From the NCBI RefSeq assembly GCF_009914755.1, contig NC_060931.1: a DNA stretch of 64,000 nucleotides. One strand, 5' to 3'. Both the position numbers and the translations under genes were made by a program. This DNA is from the human T2T-CHM13v2.0 reference genome, Homo sapiens. The notes beneath the pieces are model-generated. The model had not been told where the DNA came from and searched no databases. It worked only from the letters and a program-made list of their open reading frames with translations. How positions within the stretch are numbered: the first letter of the stretch is position 1; each line of letters starts with the position of its first letter. This document shows, in pieces, positions 1-14,099 of the stretch.

Positions 1-485
1 AGAGGGAAGGAATGGATGCTTTCCGAGATTGATAGAGAGAGCACTGCCTGGCTGACAACTTGACTTTGACCAGAGATACTGAATTTGGAAATTTGACCTC
101 TGGAACTGTACGAGAATAAATATGTGGTTTTGTTATTGTTGTTGTTTGAGACGGAGTCTTGCTCTGTCACCCAGGCCACAGTGCAGTGGCGTGAACTCGG
201 CTCACTGCAACCTCTGCCTCCTGGGTTCAAGTGATTCTCCCTGCCTCAGCCTCCCGAGTATCTGGGACTACAGGCATCTGCACCACTCCTGGCTAATTTT
301 TGTATTTTTAGTAGAGATGGGGTTTCACCATGTTGGCCAGAATGGTCTCGATCTCTTGACCTTGTGATCCGCCTACCTCAGCCTCCCAAAGTGATGGGAT
401 TACAGACATAAGTCACCACGCCTGGCCTGTTTTAAGCTACCTGATTTGCAGGGATTTGTTGCAACAGCCACAGGGACTTCATTCA
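1..485 (+). mobile_element. MLT1-family MaLR LTR 3' part, split by an Alu
   Basis: ...tggaactgtacgagaataaatatgtgg [Alu] ttttaagctacctgatttgcagggatttgttgcaacagcc... resembles the MLT1 3' end. Confidence 0.65.
128..427 (-). mobile_element. Alu (AluS-like)
   Basis: gagacggagtcttgctctgtcacccagg...ccacgcctggcc. Confidence 0.97.
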
Positions 486-825
486 GTGCTGAGATGTGCC
501 ACCAAGGGGCATGAGGCTGGAGAACCAGTGGGCAGTAGTGCCGAAGAAGGACAGGGTCAGGCCAGAGGTGGCAGAGATGGAACCAGGACATCTTAGACAG
601 ACCGGCTTTGACTACATGGCTATGAATTCTGTTCCTGGCTCTCCACAGCCATGTGATGTTAGCCTTAGTCTGTGCCCCAGATCTTTGAAAAGACAACAAC
701 AATATCTGTTTTTCAGGGTTGTGGTGAGAAAATCAAGAAATGATCAAAAGGAAAATATCTCACATGTAGTAGGTGGTGATTAAGTAGTAATGGATGGAAA
801 AATAAACTTATTTTAAAAGGCCAAT

Positions 826-1132
826 GCCCAGTATGGTGGTTAACATCTGTAATCCCAGCATTTTGGGAGGCTGAGGTGGGAGGAGAGGACTGCTTGAAGC
901 CAGGAGTTCGAGACCAGCCTGAGCCACAAAGCGAGACCCTATCTCTACAAAAAAAAATTCTTTAAAACAATAGTTGTTCATGGTGGTGCATGCCTATTAG
1001 TCAGAGTAGCTGAGACTTCAGCTACTCAGGAGGCTGAGGCAGGAGGATTGCTTGAGGCCAGGAGTTGGAGGCTACAGTGAACTATGATCATGCTACTGTG
1101 CTACAGCGTGGGTGACAGAGCCAGCCAGCCTG
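826..1132 (+). mobile_element. Alu (AluJ-like)
   Basis: tgtaatcccagcattttgggaggctgagg...gcttgaggccaggagttggaggctacagtga. Confidence 0.93.
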
Positions 1133-1165
1133 AAAAGAAAGAAGAGAAAGAGAAAGAGAGAAAGG

Positions 1166-1220
<55 letters not shown>

Positions 1221-1541
1221 AGAGAGGGAGGGAGGAAGGAAAGGAGAAAGAGAAAGAGAAAGATGAAAGAAAGAGAGAGAGAGAGAGAAAAGAGAGAGAG
1301 AAGGAAAGAAGAAAAGAAAGAGAGAGAGAAAAGAGAGGAAGAGAGAAAGAGAGAGAGAAGGAAAGAAGAAAAGAAAGAGAGAGAAAAGAGAGGAAGAGAG
1401 AAAGAGAGGGAGAAGGAAAGAAGAAAAAGAGAGAGGGAGGGAGGGAGGAAGGAAGGAAGGAAGGAGGGAAGGAAGGAAGGAAGGAAGGAGGGAAGGAAGG
1501 AAGGAAGGAAGGAAGGTAGGAAGGAGGAAAGGAAGGAAGGG
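1133..1541. repeat. Polypurine (GAAA)n/(GA)n/(GGAA)n tract grown from the Alu tail
   Basis: About 400 bp of almost pure A/G directly after the Alu. Confidence 0.97.
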
Positions 1542-1781
1542 CAGTGGTAGAACCCATTATAGAGAGAGAAGTGGTTTTGTTTGGTAAAACAGTTTGATGC
1601 TTTCTTTGGATGTCACTAGGGAAGATACTTCTTCTTGGTTACCTGTCCCTTTCCCTGCCCCATCCCCTATGACCACCTCATACTCTATATAACGGGTTAG
1701 AACAAAAAACCCAGAAAATTGAACATCTCAGCCCAGTAAGGATAAGGAAGAGGAAATTTAAAGTTCCCATAAATGAAGACG

Positions 1782-2670
<889 letters not shown>

Positions 2671-3164
2671 CAAGGATTTTTATTAGAAGGTATTGTCTAA
2701 TGTTCATGTCCAGAGGGTTTGCTGTGAGCCAATGCTTTAGTAATATTTTCCATTCTACATGAATGCCGTTGGACACTTTCCTGTGGAGAAAATCGAGCCC
2801 CGTGTTACCTGTTTGCTCACCTGGGCAAAGAGAGGATACCCGGTGAATGTTAGGACCAAACGTGAGGAACAACAGAAAATCAGAACAGAAAGTGGCCACA
2901 AAACTCGTAACCCCATCCGAATCTCAGGGATTAGGGAAAACCGCCATTTTTGTTTGCCTGGCAAAGAACCAGGTGACTGGTTAGAAAACCTGGGACCTCC
3001 AGGGGATGGACTGCGGACAGTGTGGGCTACATTCTTATTAATGTCATTGTCTGAAGGTGAATAAAGGTGGGATTCAAAGCCACAGGGTGCAGAACAATGA
3101 GCAGACAATTGTAACCACACCCATCTTCTGGCTGTCTCGCACCAGCTTAAAAACTCATGGTGTT

Positions 3165-3455
<291 letters not shown>

Positions 3456-4914
3456 GTCACGGTACTCCGGGCTCTGGTGTGGGGATGGCAGCTTGCCCAA
3501 CTCAGATTCCCACCGGTCTCTCCTCCCTCTGGAGAGCAGCATTGTTCACTAGGGGATGCCCGCCTCCAGGTGCCTTCCTTGGAAATCCCCCAGCGCCAAT
3601 CATGTGCCCGGCGCTTGACCTTGGCAGTGCTCGGGAGAACATGAGATCAAAAGAATGAAAGTGCTTCTTTCTGGTACTTCAATCAGGGAGAGAAGCAATT
3701 AAAATATGAATTAATCTAAGTGAGATGAAAATGCCGATGTAGAACAAGAGCATCCCGTTCACCTTGAACCTGCACTGTGCGCGGTTTAGCTCCTGTGATT
3801 AAAGACATTTTCATGCCATTAAAAAACGTCTCTTCTAGTGTTGAAAATACTATGTCAGTCAAAAGCACCCAGCAGCCTCTGGCAGGACTGCCCTCTCCTT
3901 GGTTACGTTCCTGGATCCTTTCAGAGTTCTGGGGGCAGGGGGAGCAGTCTTAGGAGGGGATTTTGAGGGGCTGGGAGAAAGACAGGAGTGCAGGATTCTG
4001 CACTAAATGAAAAGAGCAATTGCATGTGGTTCCTCTCACGTAGATTTTCTTGGGGTCTTTGGCGCTTTTGTGTAGCCTGAGTCCTGGCTACCAGATGGCA
4101 CTGGGAGGATGGAGCTGGGAAACCAGGGAAGGAGCACATTCCAGGAGCTCCACAATTTCTGTGTCCCTTCTGGTTTTCCTACTGTTTCTTTGAACTGAGA
4201 GATGACTGTAGCACTTACTTCTCGAGTTTGGGTTTTGCCTCTTTGTGGTCTTAAGGGCACTCTGCTGACCCTCTGCAGGGAGAAGTGAATCTGTGACTCC
4301 AGAGAAAGAGGTGGCTGTGAAGGGGTGTGTCTGGATGCCCCTTTGAGCCACTTGACCTTCCATGCCAGTTGTTCATGCTACGGTCCTGGATTTGCTTCTT
4401 TTGGTGCATGCCCTACAACTGACCTTGACCTTTCCTCCTATTTCTGGCTCTGCCTCCTCTTCTGGCTATTGTCAGTGGGATTTGTCAGTTTCAGAGTTTG
4501 AAGCTTAGAATTTAAAAGACTCATTCTGAATCTCCCTTTGTTAATTTCCAAACCAAACCTCCCTGCTCCCCAGAAACCCTGGGGACCGCGGCGCCATTCT
4601 AATCCAGATTTGAGATGGTTTCTCTCTCTCTCCCCTTCTCTAATTCTCCTAAGGATCCACCAAAGGGATTGGACTCAGAGGTCAATCAGAGCCTGCAGTA
4701 ACGCTTGTTCTAGGGCATAAATCAGGGAAGACCAATCTGGACTGGGGCAGTGGCCATTGGCACCCCAAGGCTTCCGCTTGGGTCGCATCATCTCAGAAAG
4801 TTCCATTTAGATCATGTTCATGCAGATCCCAAGGCACACAGATCCCAAGGCTAATGAGTGTCTTTTGCTCCAGGCCCTTTTTAAAAACAGCCAGAAGCTT
4901 AACATCCATACACT

Positions 4915-5285
<371 letters not shown>

Positions 5286-5743
5286 TGAACGTTGTAAAGA
5301 GCCCCAACATTTTGAAATGCCATGGTAATTTGCCATAGCATTCTGCCTTAGACAAATGTGATGCAAGATGCCTCCCACACTTCCTCTCTGCCCCCCATAC
5401 TTCCCCAAATGCAGAGGATGCACGACCACACTGTGTCATCTTACTTGTTTGGGTCCGTCTCTCTGATGGCTGCTGCACCCTGCAGACCCCAACCCAAATT
5501 CATTCTCTTTGTGTCCATGTACTTCCTGTCACCTTGTACAACTTTAGAGGAAGTCGGAAGGGTCTCTTTGCTTCTCCAAGTTAAAATGCAAAGCCCAGAA
5601 GACTCCTATAAAGCTATCCAGCTTTCTGTTTGTCTTACCAAACCCACCTGCCTGGGCACCTTAGTCCTCCAAGGGAAAGGGAGTCGTTTAAGCAGAAGAC
5701 ACTGCCAGGCACTGAAAGGGGTCTATGGAAGACCTTCTTCTTC

Positions 5744-6029
5744 TTTTTTTTTTTGAAATGGAGTTTTGCTCTGTCGCCCAGGCCAGAGTGCAGTGGCGTG
5801 ATCTCTGCTCACTGCAACCTCCGCCTCCTGGGTTCAAGCGATTCTCCTGCCTCAGCCTCCTGAGAAGCTTACAGGCGCACACCACCATGCCCAGCTAAGT
5901 TTTGTATTTTTAGTAGAGATGGGGATTTCACCATGTTGTCAGGCTGGTCTTGAACTCCTAACCTCATGATCCACCCGCCTCAGCCTCCCAAAGTGCTGGG
6001 ATTACAGCCATGAGCCACCGCGCCCGGCC
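5744..6029 (-). mobile_element. Alu (AluS)
   Basis: Full dimer; degraded TSD gaagaccttc/gaagagcttc. Confidence 0.97.
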
Positions 6030-6394
6030 GAAGAGCTTCCTCTTTAACGGGAAGATTGAAGAAGTAAAAAGCATTGAAAATGCCTGAAATTGTTCCCACT
6101 CCAGGAAATAGGAGAGTGAGGGGTTTGGGAGCCTCCTTTCCAATCTTTGTGCACCCCTCTCTCCTCCAATCCTCAGTTCTGCATAATATCAGCAGGTGAT
6201 GTGGAAGAAAAAGACCTGTTCGTTTTCTGCTTACTATCCCCAGGTAATGAAACCTCCCACCTCTTCCAAATATCTCCACATTTCTCTCTTTTTGCATATA
6301 GCATCTTTGAATGCTACCAAGTATAACAATTACAAAAAGAGCAAGCTTCAATTACAATCCCAACTCCATTTGTTGCATAGCTATATGTCATTAG

Positions 6395-6530
6395 CTTGAA
6401 GATAGTAATTGTGACCATCTTAAAGGGTTGTGAAAAATAAATGAGATAATATATGGAAAGCACTTAGAACCACTCCTGGTACATAGTAGGGGTTCAGTAA
6501 ACGTTAGTTATTATCATTATTGTTACTATT
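6395..6530 (+). mobile_element. MIR 3' part
   Basis: gggttgtgaaaaataaatgagataatatatggaaagcacttagaac...catagtag. Confidence 0.8.
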
Positions 6531-7234
6531 ATTATCACTGTCATTACTACTATTTCTACCACGATCAAGGACCCTTCCTGTGCAACTAATTTTCCACCTT
6601 TGTGTGGATTCCTCTCTTTTATTTTCTTAGCTCCTATGCAGCGTACCCCACACCCCTTCACTTTCTGCAGAGTCCCCACCATCACTGCTGGGTCTATAAG
6701 TTACTGTTGGTCTTCCTTTCCCAGGTTGCTCATTGTCTGTCATGAAGACCTTACAGCTAATAGTGCACTATTCATCGTGCTACAGTGCAGCAGTCTGCAA
6801 AGCATTTCCCATCCATGCATTTCATGTTTTGATCCTCTCTACTCTTAAGCACTTTTGGTACCAGCCTTGGGAAATCATTGCACAAGGAGGTTCATTTATT
6901 TCTTCACTGCACCGAGCTCTTAGAGAGTTAATTTGCTCTGTTGCAGGGGCGTGAGCTTTATTTCACCTAGTTGGGTGGTCTTCTTCCTCATGTCACTGGA
7001 GGGTATGGAAATGGAGCGAGCTGAAATGGACAGAACTTTTCTCTCTTCACTAACTCTGTAAATAGCCACCCTGGTGAGTGGCAGGGGTGCGAAAACCTAG
7101 CATTCTAGAAACATTGAGCCAAACATGCTGAAATTGCTGGAATTGATAAGTGTCTTATCATTAGTCAATAAGCTGTGCTTAACCTTCTCTAGTTCCCACA
7201 ACTTGAGATTCCAGCTGCTGCATCCCAATTGTAC

Positions 7235-7256
7235 GTGTGTGTGTGTGTGTGTGTGT
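7235..7256. repeat. (GT)11 microsatellite
   Basis: Read directly. Confidence 0.95.
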
Positions 7257-7753
7257 ACAGTGGCTGTGCACACAAAAGATCTGAAAATGAGAACTCTCCC
7301 TTCATCAGTGAGATGGATTGGGCCATAATTGATTTTCCACAGACTAATGCTTTACATTTTGGTAAACGTTTTGTAACATCTTAGTCAAATTAAACTGAGC
7401 CCTTTCAAGTCAGATTTATAGTCCATAGAATTCCACTTAGCTGACATAAGCAATGCAATTTCAGGGCAGTTTAAAGGGTATTTCATTTAGACACAGAACA
7501 AATCCTTGTCAGGGCCCTGTAGGTAGCAAGAAATCTTCCTCCTCTCATTTGCTTAGAAGCAATTGTCATTCATTCCAAGGGAGCCGCACAGCGTGTTAGT
7601 GGCTCAGTGCAGTAGACTTCATGACCCATGTTCATTGAAGGGGCAGTGACCAAAAGGAGGAAGAGAAAAGAAGGCAGGGCTGCGTAGGACATGAGAGTCT
7701 TAGTAAGATTTCAGAAAAGGTGCCCACTCTGTGTGGAAAAATTACTACAAGGC

Positions 7754-8047
<294 letters not shown>

Positions 8048-8243
8048 TTACTACAAGGCACCTCTTCAAGTTGGCTGCAACCTTTCACTGGCACAAGACT
8101 TGGGATCTGAGCACTGGCTGGATTTCCATTGCCATTTGCCTCTTTGACTGGCACTTTGAGCAGGGTGTAACCTGTGCAACTGTACACAGCAGCCTTGGAA
8201 GGGAAGCATGATCTCAGGAACTTCACATACGCATATTACCTTC

Positions 8244-8599
8244 TTTTTTTTTTTTCTTTTGAGACAGGGCCTCACTCTTTGGCCTAGGCTGGACTGCAGT
8301 GGCACGATCACGGTTCACCGCAGCCTCAATCTTCTGGGCTCAGGCGATCCTCCCACCTCAGTCTCCTGAATAGCTAGGATTACAGGCATGCACCACTAAT
8401 TTTCGTATTTTTTTTGTAGAGGTAAGGTCTCCCTGTGTTGCCCAGGCTTGTCTCAAACTCTGGGCTCAAGTGATCAGCATATGTTTTTGGTTTTGTTTCT
8501 TTAATTTTTTTTAAATGAGGGTCTCTAATTCCTAGGCTGAAGCCGTCCACCCATCTCGGCCTCCCAAAGTGTTGGGCTTACATATGTGAGCCACCATGC
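8244..8599 (-). mobile_element. Composite AluJ plus left-arm fragment
   Basis: gagacagggcctcactc...ggctcaagtgatc, T-rich linker, then ...ctcggcctcccaaagtg...gagccaccatgc; TSD catat(t/a)accttcttt at 8232 and 8623. Confidence 0.9.
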
Positions 8600-8639
8600 T
8601 ATTAGGGAGCTATTAGAAAATTCATATAACCTTCTTTAA

Positions 8640-8790
8640 TACTCAGCTCATGAGGTTTTAGTTGCTATCCCCATTCATAAATAGGAATGACAAAGAGAGA
8701 TTAAACACTGTCTTCATATACATGTAGGTTGAGCTGGGATTCTAGTCCAGGTCTGTCTGATTCTAAAATCCAAGCTCTCTACTAATTACC
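8640..8790 (-). mobile_element. MIR
   Basis: atccccattc...gagctgggattctagtccaggtctgtctgattctaaaatcc. Confidence 0.7.
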
Positions 8791-9365
8791 CATGGTATGT
8801 GAGTTCAATTGAAGGGCTTAATGAGCTTTTGCCAGGGAAAGAGGAAGAACTGGCAGGGTCTGAGCCTCAACCCTTAGAAGGTTTTAATGGAAAGAAGCAG
8901 CAGATTTTCTCAGAGGGCCATTCAGTTTCTAAACCTCCCCAGAAGTAAGATGGTGCAGTTCTGTCTTACAGCAAGCTGAAACCTTCCTTCCGCTGACCCG
9001 GAAGAATAAGATGAGTGTCGGAACCCATGATTGCAGGTCCCTGTCCTACAGGACCCATGGGCAAAGCTGGAAAAGGAGAGGGAGACTGGAACAAGTCTTT
9101 TCTTCCCTCCGATTCTTGGTTCCACTCCCAAAAAATGCAACTAAACTTTGTCCTGCCCACATTACAGGGTTGTAAGAATCAAAAGATGAAACAAAGGCAC
9201 TGCAACACCTTTGCAAGTGAAATATGGATGTAAAGAAAATATATTGCATTTTTAACAAAGCTATATTTACCCCCATTTAAAGGACTGTCTTTCATGCTGA
9301 GATTAAACCCTTGTAACTGTCTTGTTTTATAAAATGCTCCTTATTAAATTGAAGAAGAGAATACA

Positions 9366-9398
9366 TGTGTGTGTGTGTGAGTGTGTGTGTGTGTGTGT
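9366..9398. repeat. (TG)n microsatellite, interrupted
   Basis: Read directly. Confidence 0.95.
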
Positions 9399-9490
9399 AC
9401 ACACAGGGGTTTTACTGCAGTTTGTGTTTTATAAAACCCTTGACTTGGAAAAATAAAATGTAATTTGTGAAGCTTTATCAGTATAAAAAA

Positions 9491-9529
<39 letters not shown>

Positions 9530-9536
9530 TGTGTGT
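9491..9536. repeat. (TG)n microsatellite, interrupted
   Basis: Read directly. Confidence 0.95.
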
Positions 9537-9595
9537 TTTAAGTTTACAGGTCCATGGTTTCAACACTCTGAAAAATCTTTGTATTAGGCATAGAG

Positions 9596-9765
9596 AACTG
9601 ACATTTACTGCGTGCCAGTCAAATCATTTCATACTCATGACAACCCTGTAAGATAAGTATCTCTGATTCAAGGTATGCTGTTCCTCAAAGAATTTGTGTA
9701 TCTTGCCCAATCCTTCACAGTTAGGAAGTTAAAGATCCAAACACGAGTCTCTCTAATGCCAAAAT
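9596..9765 (-). mobile_element. MIR
   Basis: ctcatgacaaccctgtaagataagt...cttgcccaatccttcacag. Confidence 0.65.
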
Positions 9766-9898
9766 ACCAGGGATTTTTTGGTCATTTACTTTTCACTTTG
9801 CTGCACTGTTTGGTAGCTGCCTTTTCTTCTTGTAGTTACACACAGGGGTACTCAGGAAACATTTTTTGGTTTAGAATATAATCTGTAAAATTTCAATC

Positions 9899-10206
9899 TT
9901 TTTTTTTTTTTTTTTTTGAGACCCAGTTTCGCTCTCCTTGCCCAGGCTGGAGTGGAATGGCGTGGTCTTGGCTTACCGCAACCTCCGCCTCCCAGATTCA
10001 AACGATTCTCCTGCCTTAGCCTCCCATGTAGCTGGGATCATAGGCATGAGCCACCACGCCCGGCTAATTTTGTATTTTTAGTAGAGACGGGGTTTCTCCA
10101 TGTTGGTCAGGCTGGTCTCGAACTCCTGACCTCAGTTGATCCGCCCGCCTCAGCCTCCCAATCCCACCACGGCAGGGATTACAGGCGTGAGCCACCACAC
10201 CCGGCC
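9899..10206 (-). mobile_element. Alu (AluS)
   Basis: Full dimer with poly-T. Confidence 0.97.
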
Positions 10207-10419
10207 AATTTCATTCATTTTTTTAAATTTTGCTTTCAATGATGTGAAGTCTATGTGGCTCCAGAAAACATATTTGACCCATCTGGAGAGAGATTTGGAG
10301 TCTATAACCCAACACAACCAAAAGGGAGCTATTAGAAAATTCAACCCTTATTCCATGGGCTTCATAGTTTGTTTAGATCAGTAATTCTTAAGAAAATTTT
10401 CAGTGAATCCAAAAATTTC

Positions 10420-10531
10420 ACTCTGTAAAGGCAAGGGATTTTGTCTTGCTTTATTCACTGCTATACTTTCTACACCTAGACCATAATAAACACTCAAAAA
10501 TTATTTGATGAATGAGTGAATGAATGAATGA
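10420..10531 (+). mobile_element. L2 3' end
   Basis: ggcaagggattttgtcttgctttattcactgct...atttgatgaatgagtgaatgaatg. Confidence 0.8.
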
Positions 10532-10869
10532 AAACAGTCTCATTTGAGTACCTGATAAAAGCTACGAACTATCTTCCCAGAAAAAAATGCAACAGACACG
10601 TGCACAATAGCGCATAGCATTTTCAGTTTCAATGCCCCTCGACGCCTCTCCATGAGTACACAGAGGCTTAGACTATTTTCTCATGAAGAAATAGGTCTTG
10701 ACATTTTCATGATGGAGTGGAGCAAAGCTGGGCTCTTTCTTTCATGTTGATGGGCAACCTGATGGTGTAAGGCCTTCAACACTTTGGATACCTGTTGCTT
10801 TGCCCATTATCTCTGAATGCCTCTAGCCCTTCTGAGCCTGAGAGTTTAAAAAGAGGAAAAACAGCCCTC

Positions 10870-11090
10870 ACTCAATGAGGTTATATAGTCTGTCAGACAC
10901 TATGTTTGATATTTTATATATAATTGATCAGAATTCGTGGCAACTCTACTAGGTATATATTATTATTATTCCTATATTTCAGATGACACAATTGAGGCCC
11001 AGAGAGGTTAAGTAACTAGCCCAAGGCCACACAGCTAGGAAATGACTAAGTTAGGATCCAGATCCTTGTCTGCCCAAATTAAAAGCTCTT
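10870..11090 (-). mobile_element. MIR
   Basis: MIR core cagatgacacaattgaggcccagagaggttaagtaactagcccaaggccacacagct. Confidence 0.9.
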
Positions 11091-11742
11091 TTTTTCCCCA
11101 GTGTGGCAGAATGTCTCATGGCTTATAAGCAGCCCAGCAATTTTTAAAGCCTATAATATCAAGTCTAAAAGAAATCCTCAGTCCAGAGGTACCTCCTGAC
11201 TTGGAGGTACATCAAATAAACAAATAAACCAAATAAATAACCAAAATAACCAAGTAAGCACATTAACTGTTTAAAGGTGAAAAAATTTGGAATTTGAAGG
11301 CATCGTTCTTCTATTTTCTGGATTTCAAATGTATTTTCGCTTGTGTTTTTCTTAAAAGTACTGTAGAAAATGGCAGCCTGTTTCAGCTGTGCTCTTGGGA
11401 CCAAAGAAAAGGGATTGCCATCATTCGGGAAACTGGCCACGAAACAAATTAGGCCCAGGTGACAAAACTTAACCCACTCTAGATCTGGCTCTTAAGGGGG
11501 CAGCCAGAATCCAAATTACATTGTTCAAAGTCATACAGTAAACTCAGATCTAGTGGCCATGCAGTTCCAATTCAGTGAGTGGGATCCACGTAAGGCTGAA
11601 CATTTTGAGTTTGGCAAAGGAGACCACCAGTTCTTTGTCGCAGCATCTGGGTTCTAAATCCTTGCCCTTGGAAAGGGAGGTGACAACTGCAAAGTGGGAT
11701 GTTGTAGACCCAGGAAAGATGGCTGGGAATAAGATCACAGCA

Positions 11743-12041
11743 CTGGGCATGGTGGCTCACGCCTGTAATCCTAGCATTTTGAGAGGCCGAGGTGGGTGGA
11801 TCACTTGAGGTCAGGAGTTTGGGACTAGCCTGGCCAATATGGTGAAACCCCATCTCCACTAAAGATACAAAAATTAGCCAGGCATGGTGGTGGGTACCTG
11901 TAATCCCAAATACTCGGGAGGCTGAGACAGGAGAATCGCTTGAACCCTCGAGTCAGAGGTTGCAGTGCGCCACTATAATCCAGCCTGGACGGCAGAGTGA
12001 GACACTGTCTCAAATAAATAAATAAATAAATAAATAAATAA
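11743..12041 (+). mobile_element. Alu (AluS) with (TAAA)n tail
   Basis: TSD aataagatcacagc. Confidence 0.97.
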
Positions 12042-12714
12042 GATCACAGCTCCATTCTCAATCAGACACAATACTATGGCCAGTTTATATGATCTGGGTA
12101 AACATGGGGAACTATGAGGTAACTCCAACTGGGTGAGCACAGAGTGTCATAGGTCTCCTGACCCTCCAATCCCATTATACTAGACACACACGCTATCAAG
12201 TGCTGCAAGACCACTTCTGTTATTGAGTTCAAGCTTCCCAAGGAACCACCTGTCATTGTCTGGGCTGGTCAAGAACTAGGCCACGTTCTGGATTCAGGTT
12301 CTAGGCTCCAGGAACCTCAGTAAAAGCAGAGCTTGGGCAGACAGGGACAGGTAGCTATTGGTGTTTATCAGGCCATTAGAACCTTCACGTTGCATTGCAC
12401 GACCCCAGGGTGCAACATTGCTGTTGGATTCCATCAACACTCAAGGCAAGAGAGGAAGACTATTAAACGATGATGGCAAAGAAGCCTAAAAGACAAATGC
12501 ATTCCACCTAAGCATAGTTGATAGTCAGACCGTGGAAATCCACAGCCAGTTGTTTACATGGCTAGACAAAACAATGAAAGCTTAAGAACACCAGGCTCCA
12601 ATCTGCTTTGTGAAATGGGATCTCCTGGCAGCAATTCTTTCATTTAAGAGAAAAATTCACTAGAGACACAAAACAAGTCCCAAAACAGATTTGGGTTCAA
12701 CCCTGAGTTGACCT

Positions 12715-13057
12715 AATTGCAGTCTTTAAAAAATATATTTTGTGAAAAAATTCAAACACACAAAAGTAGACAAAATAATGTTTCAAAGTACTGTGCTAAC
12801 TCAGCGACCATCAACTTTCTACCAATCTTGTTTCACCCACCCTGTTGTATTTTTATTGCAATTTTTAACCACTCTTTTCTTTATACCCTCAAAATGCATC
12901 CCGATGGAGACATTCCAATGGAGGCAACTGACTTCTGTTTAAAGTAGCCATAATTCTTTATGGTTTAAAGAGCAAGGAATTTGTGGACAACATACTCTAC
13001 TCATTAAATCTAAAGAGAATGCAGGTTTAAATTATGCATAAAGAGAGAAGAGACGAA
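12715..13057 (+). repeat. Local duplication A, copy 1 (old L1ME-like fragment plus unique sequence)
   Basis: Colinear with 14100-14445, e.g. aaagtagccataattcttta and tactctactcattaaatctaaa. Confidence 0.92.
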
Positions 13058-13959
13058 CTTTCACCAGCACAACAAATAGACTGAGACAATCTTTCTTTCA
13101 ATCTGGAAATGCAGACTCCCAGGGATCTGTTGAAACAGGCTATATTCCCCAAAGTACTGGGGTGGTTTATATTAGTTTCACTAGGGTAGTTTTGGTTCTT
13201 ACTTGTAGCAGAGCTTGGTAAATGAGAGGCCACCTGAGAAGCAATTAAACTAAACCAGAAAATCTTTCCTGTTCATTTCATCTTGTCCTTAAATAGTTTA
13301 CACATCAGTTGAACTGGGAAGAGCTCGTGGTGGTTTATGATGATTACTTCAGTAGGGGTCAGTGCCTAATGAGCTGGGTACTTATCTGTGACCCCAACAA
13401 GATGGCTGTAAATGAACAGATAAAGGGACCGAAGGGACTTGTTCTCTAAGCTGTCCATGGAATCAAGATTACAGAACTCGATAGAGTTAGGTAAACTAAA
13501 CTGCAGAAGCTGATGAAGGTTGCTAGATGAAAACACCCAGGGTTTTTTGGTTAGAAAAACAACGTATTTATTTCTAGTGCTTGGTAAATTACAAAATGCC
13601 TATTCCATCTACTCTTTCTTGGGGAGGAACACTGTACTTTCTCTTCTTTCTCATAAGATCTGGGAAACCTGTAGTTCCCATCGAACGAATCTGTCCAGGC
13701 AGATATCTTTATTTTTTATAGAATACGTGTGTCAACGGGGTTTAGGACACACACTACCCAAAAATGTGCCACTTTGGCAATGTTAAATATTTTAGTTGGA
13801 AGGAATTTGAGAAATTGCAGGTGCAGGAAGAGGTTTTTGACCTTCCTCTGAAGCAGGTCATAAGATTCTCGTGGGACGGGTGCCCTTTTTATACCAGGAG
13901 GAAAGAATCATTCTGTCTCTGAAGAAAGAAGGACACCAAGACACTCTGGACAACAACAA

Positions 13960-14073
13960 CAAAAATAGCAAATCCTGGAGAAAAGGAAAAATTGGATTTC
14001 TAGAGTTACCACTCTTTAAGATTCAAATTCCGGTTTTCAAAACAAACCAACGAACAAAAAAACACAAGGCACA
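13960..14073 (+). mobile_element. Old L1M 5'-region fragment inside the LTR
   Basis: gatttctagagttaccac...aagattcaaattccggttttcaa...cacaaggcacac. Confidence 0.5.
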
Positions 14074-14099
14074 CGCCTTGCTGAGTTTACCTGTTGAAT

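Noticed and set aside
122-367. Alu-derived ORFs throughout the track (e.g. [19 protein letters not shown])
   Set aside because: These are typical Alu translations.
1084-1557. Lys/Glu/Arg-rich and Ser/Leu/Phe-rich ORFs (also near 17.7, 31.8 and 58.9 kb)
   Set aside because: Polypurine repeats lack stop codons, so these are not evidence of coding.
2800-3035. Possible hAT-Blackjack-like fossil
   Set aside because: The similarity is too weak to call by eye.
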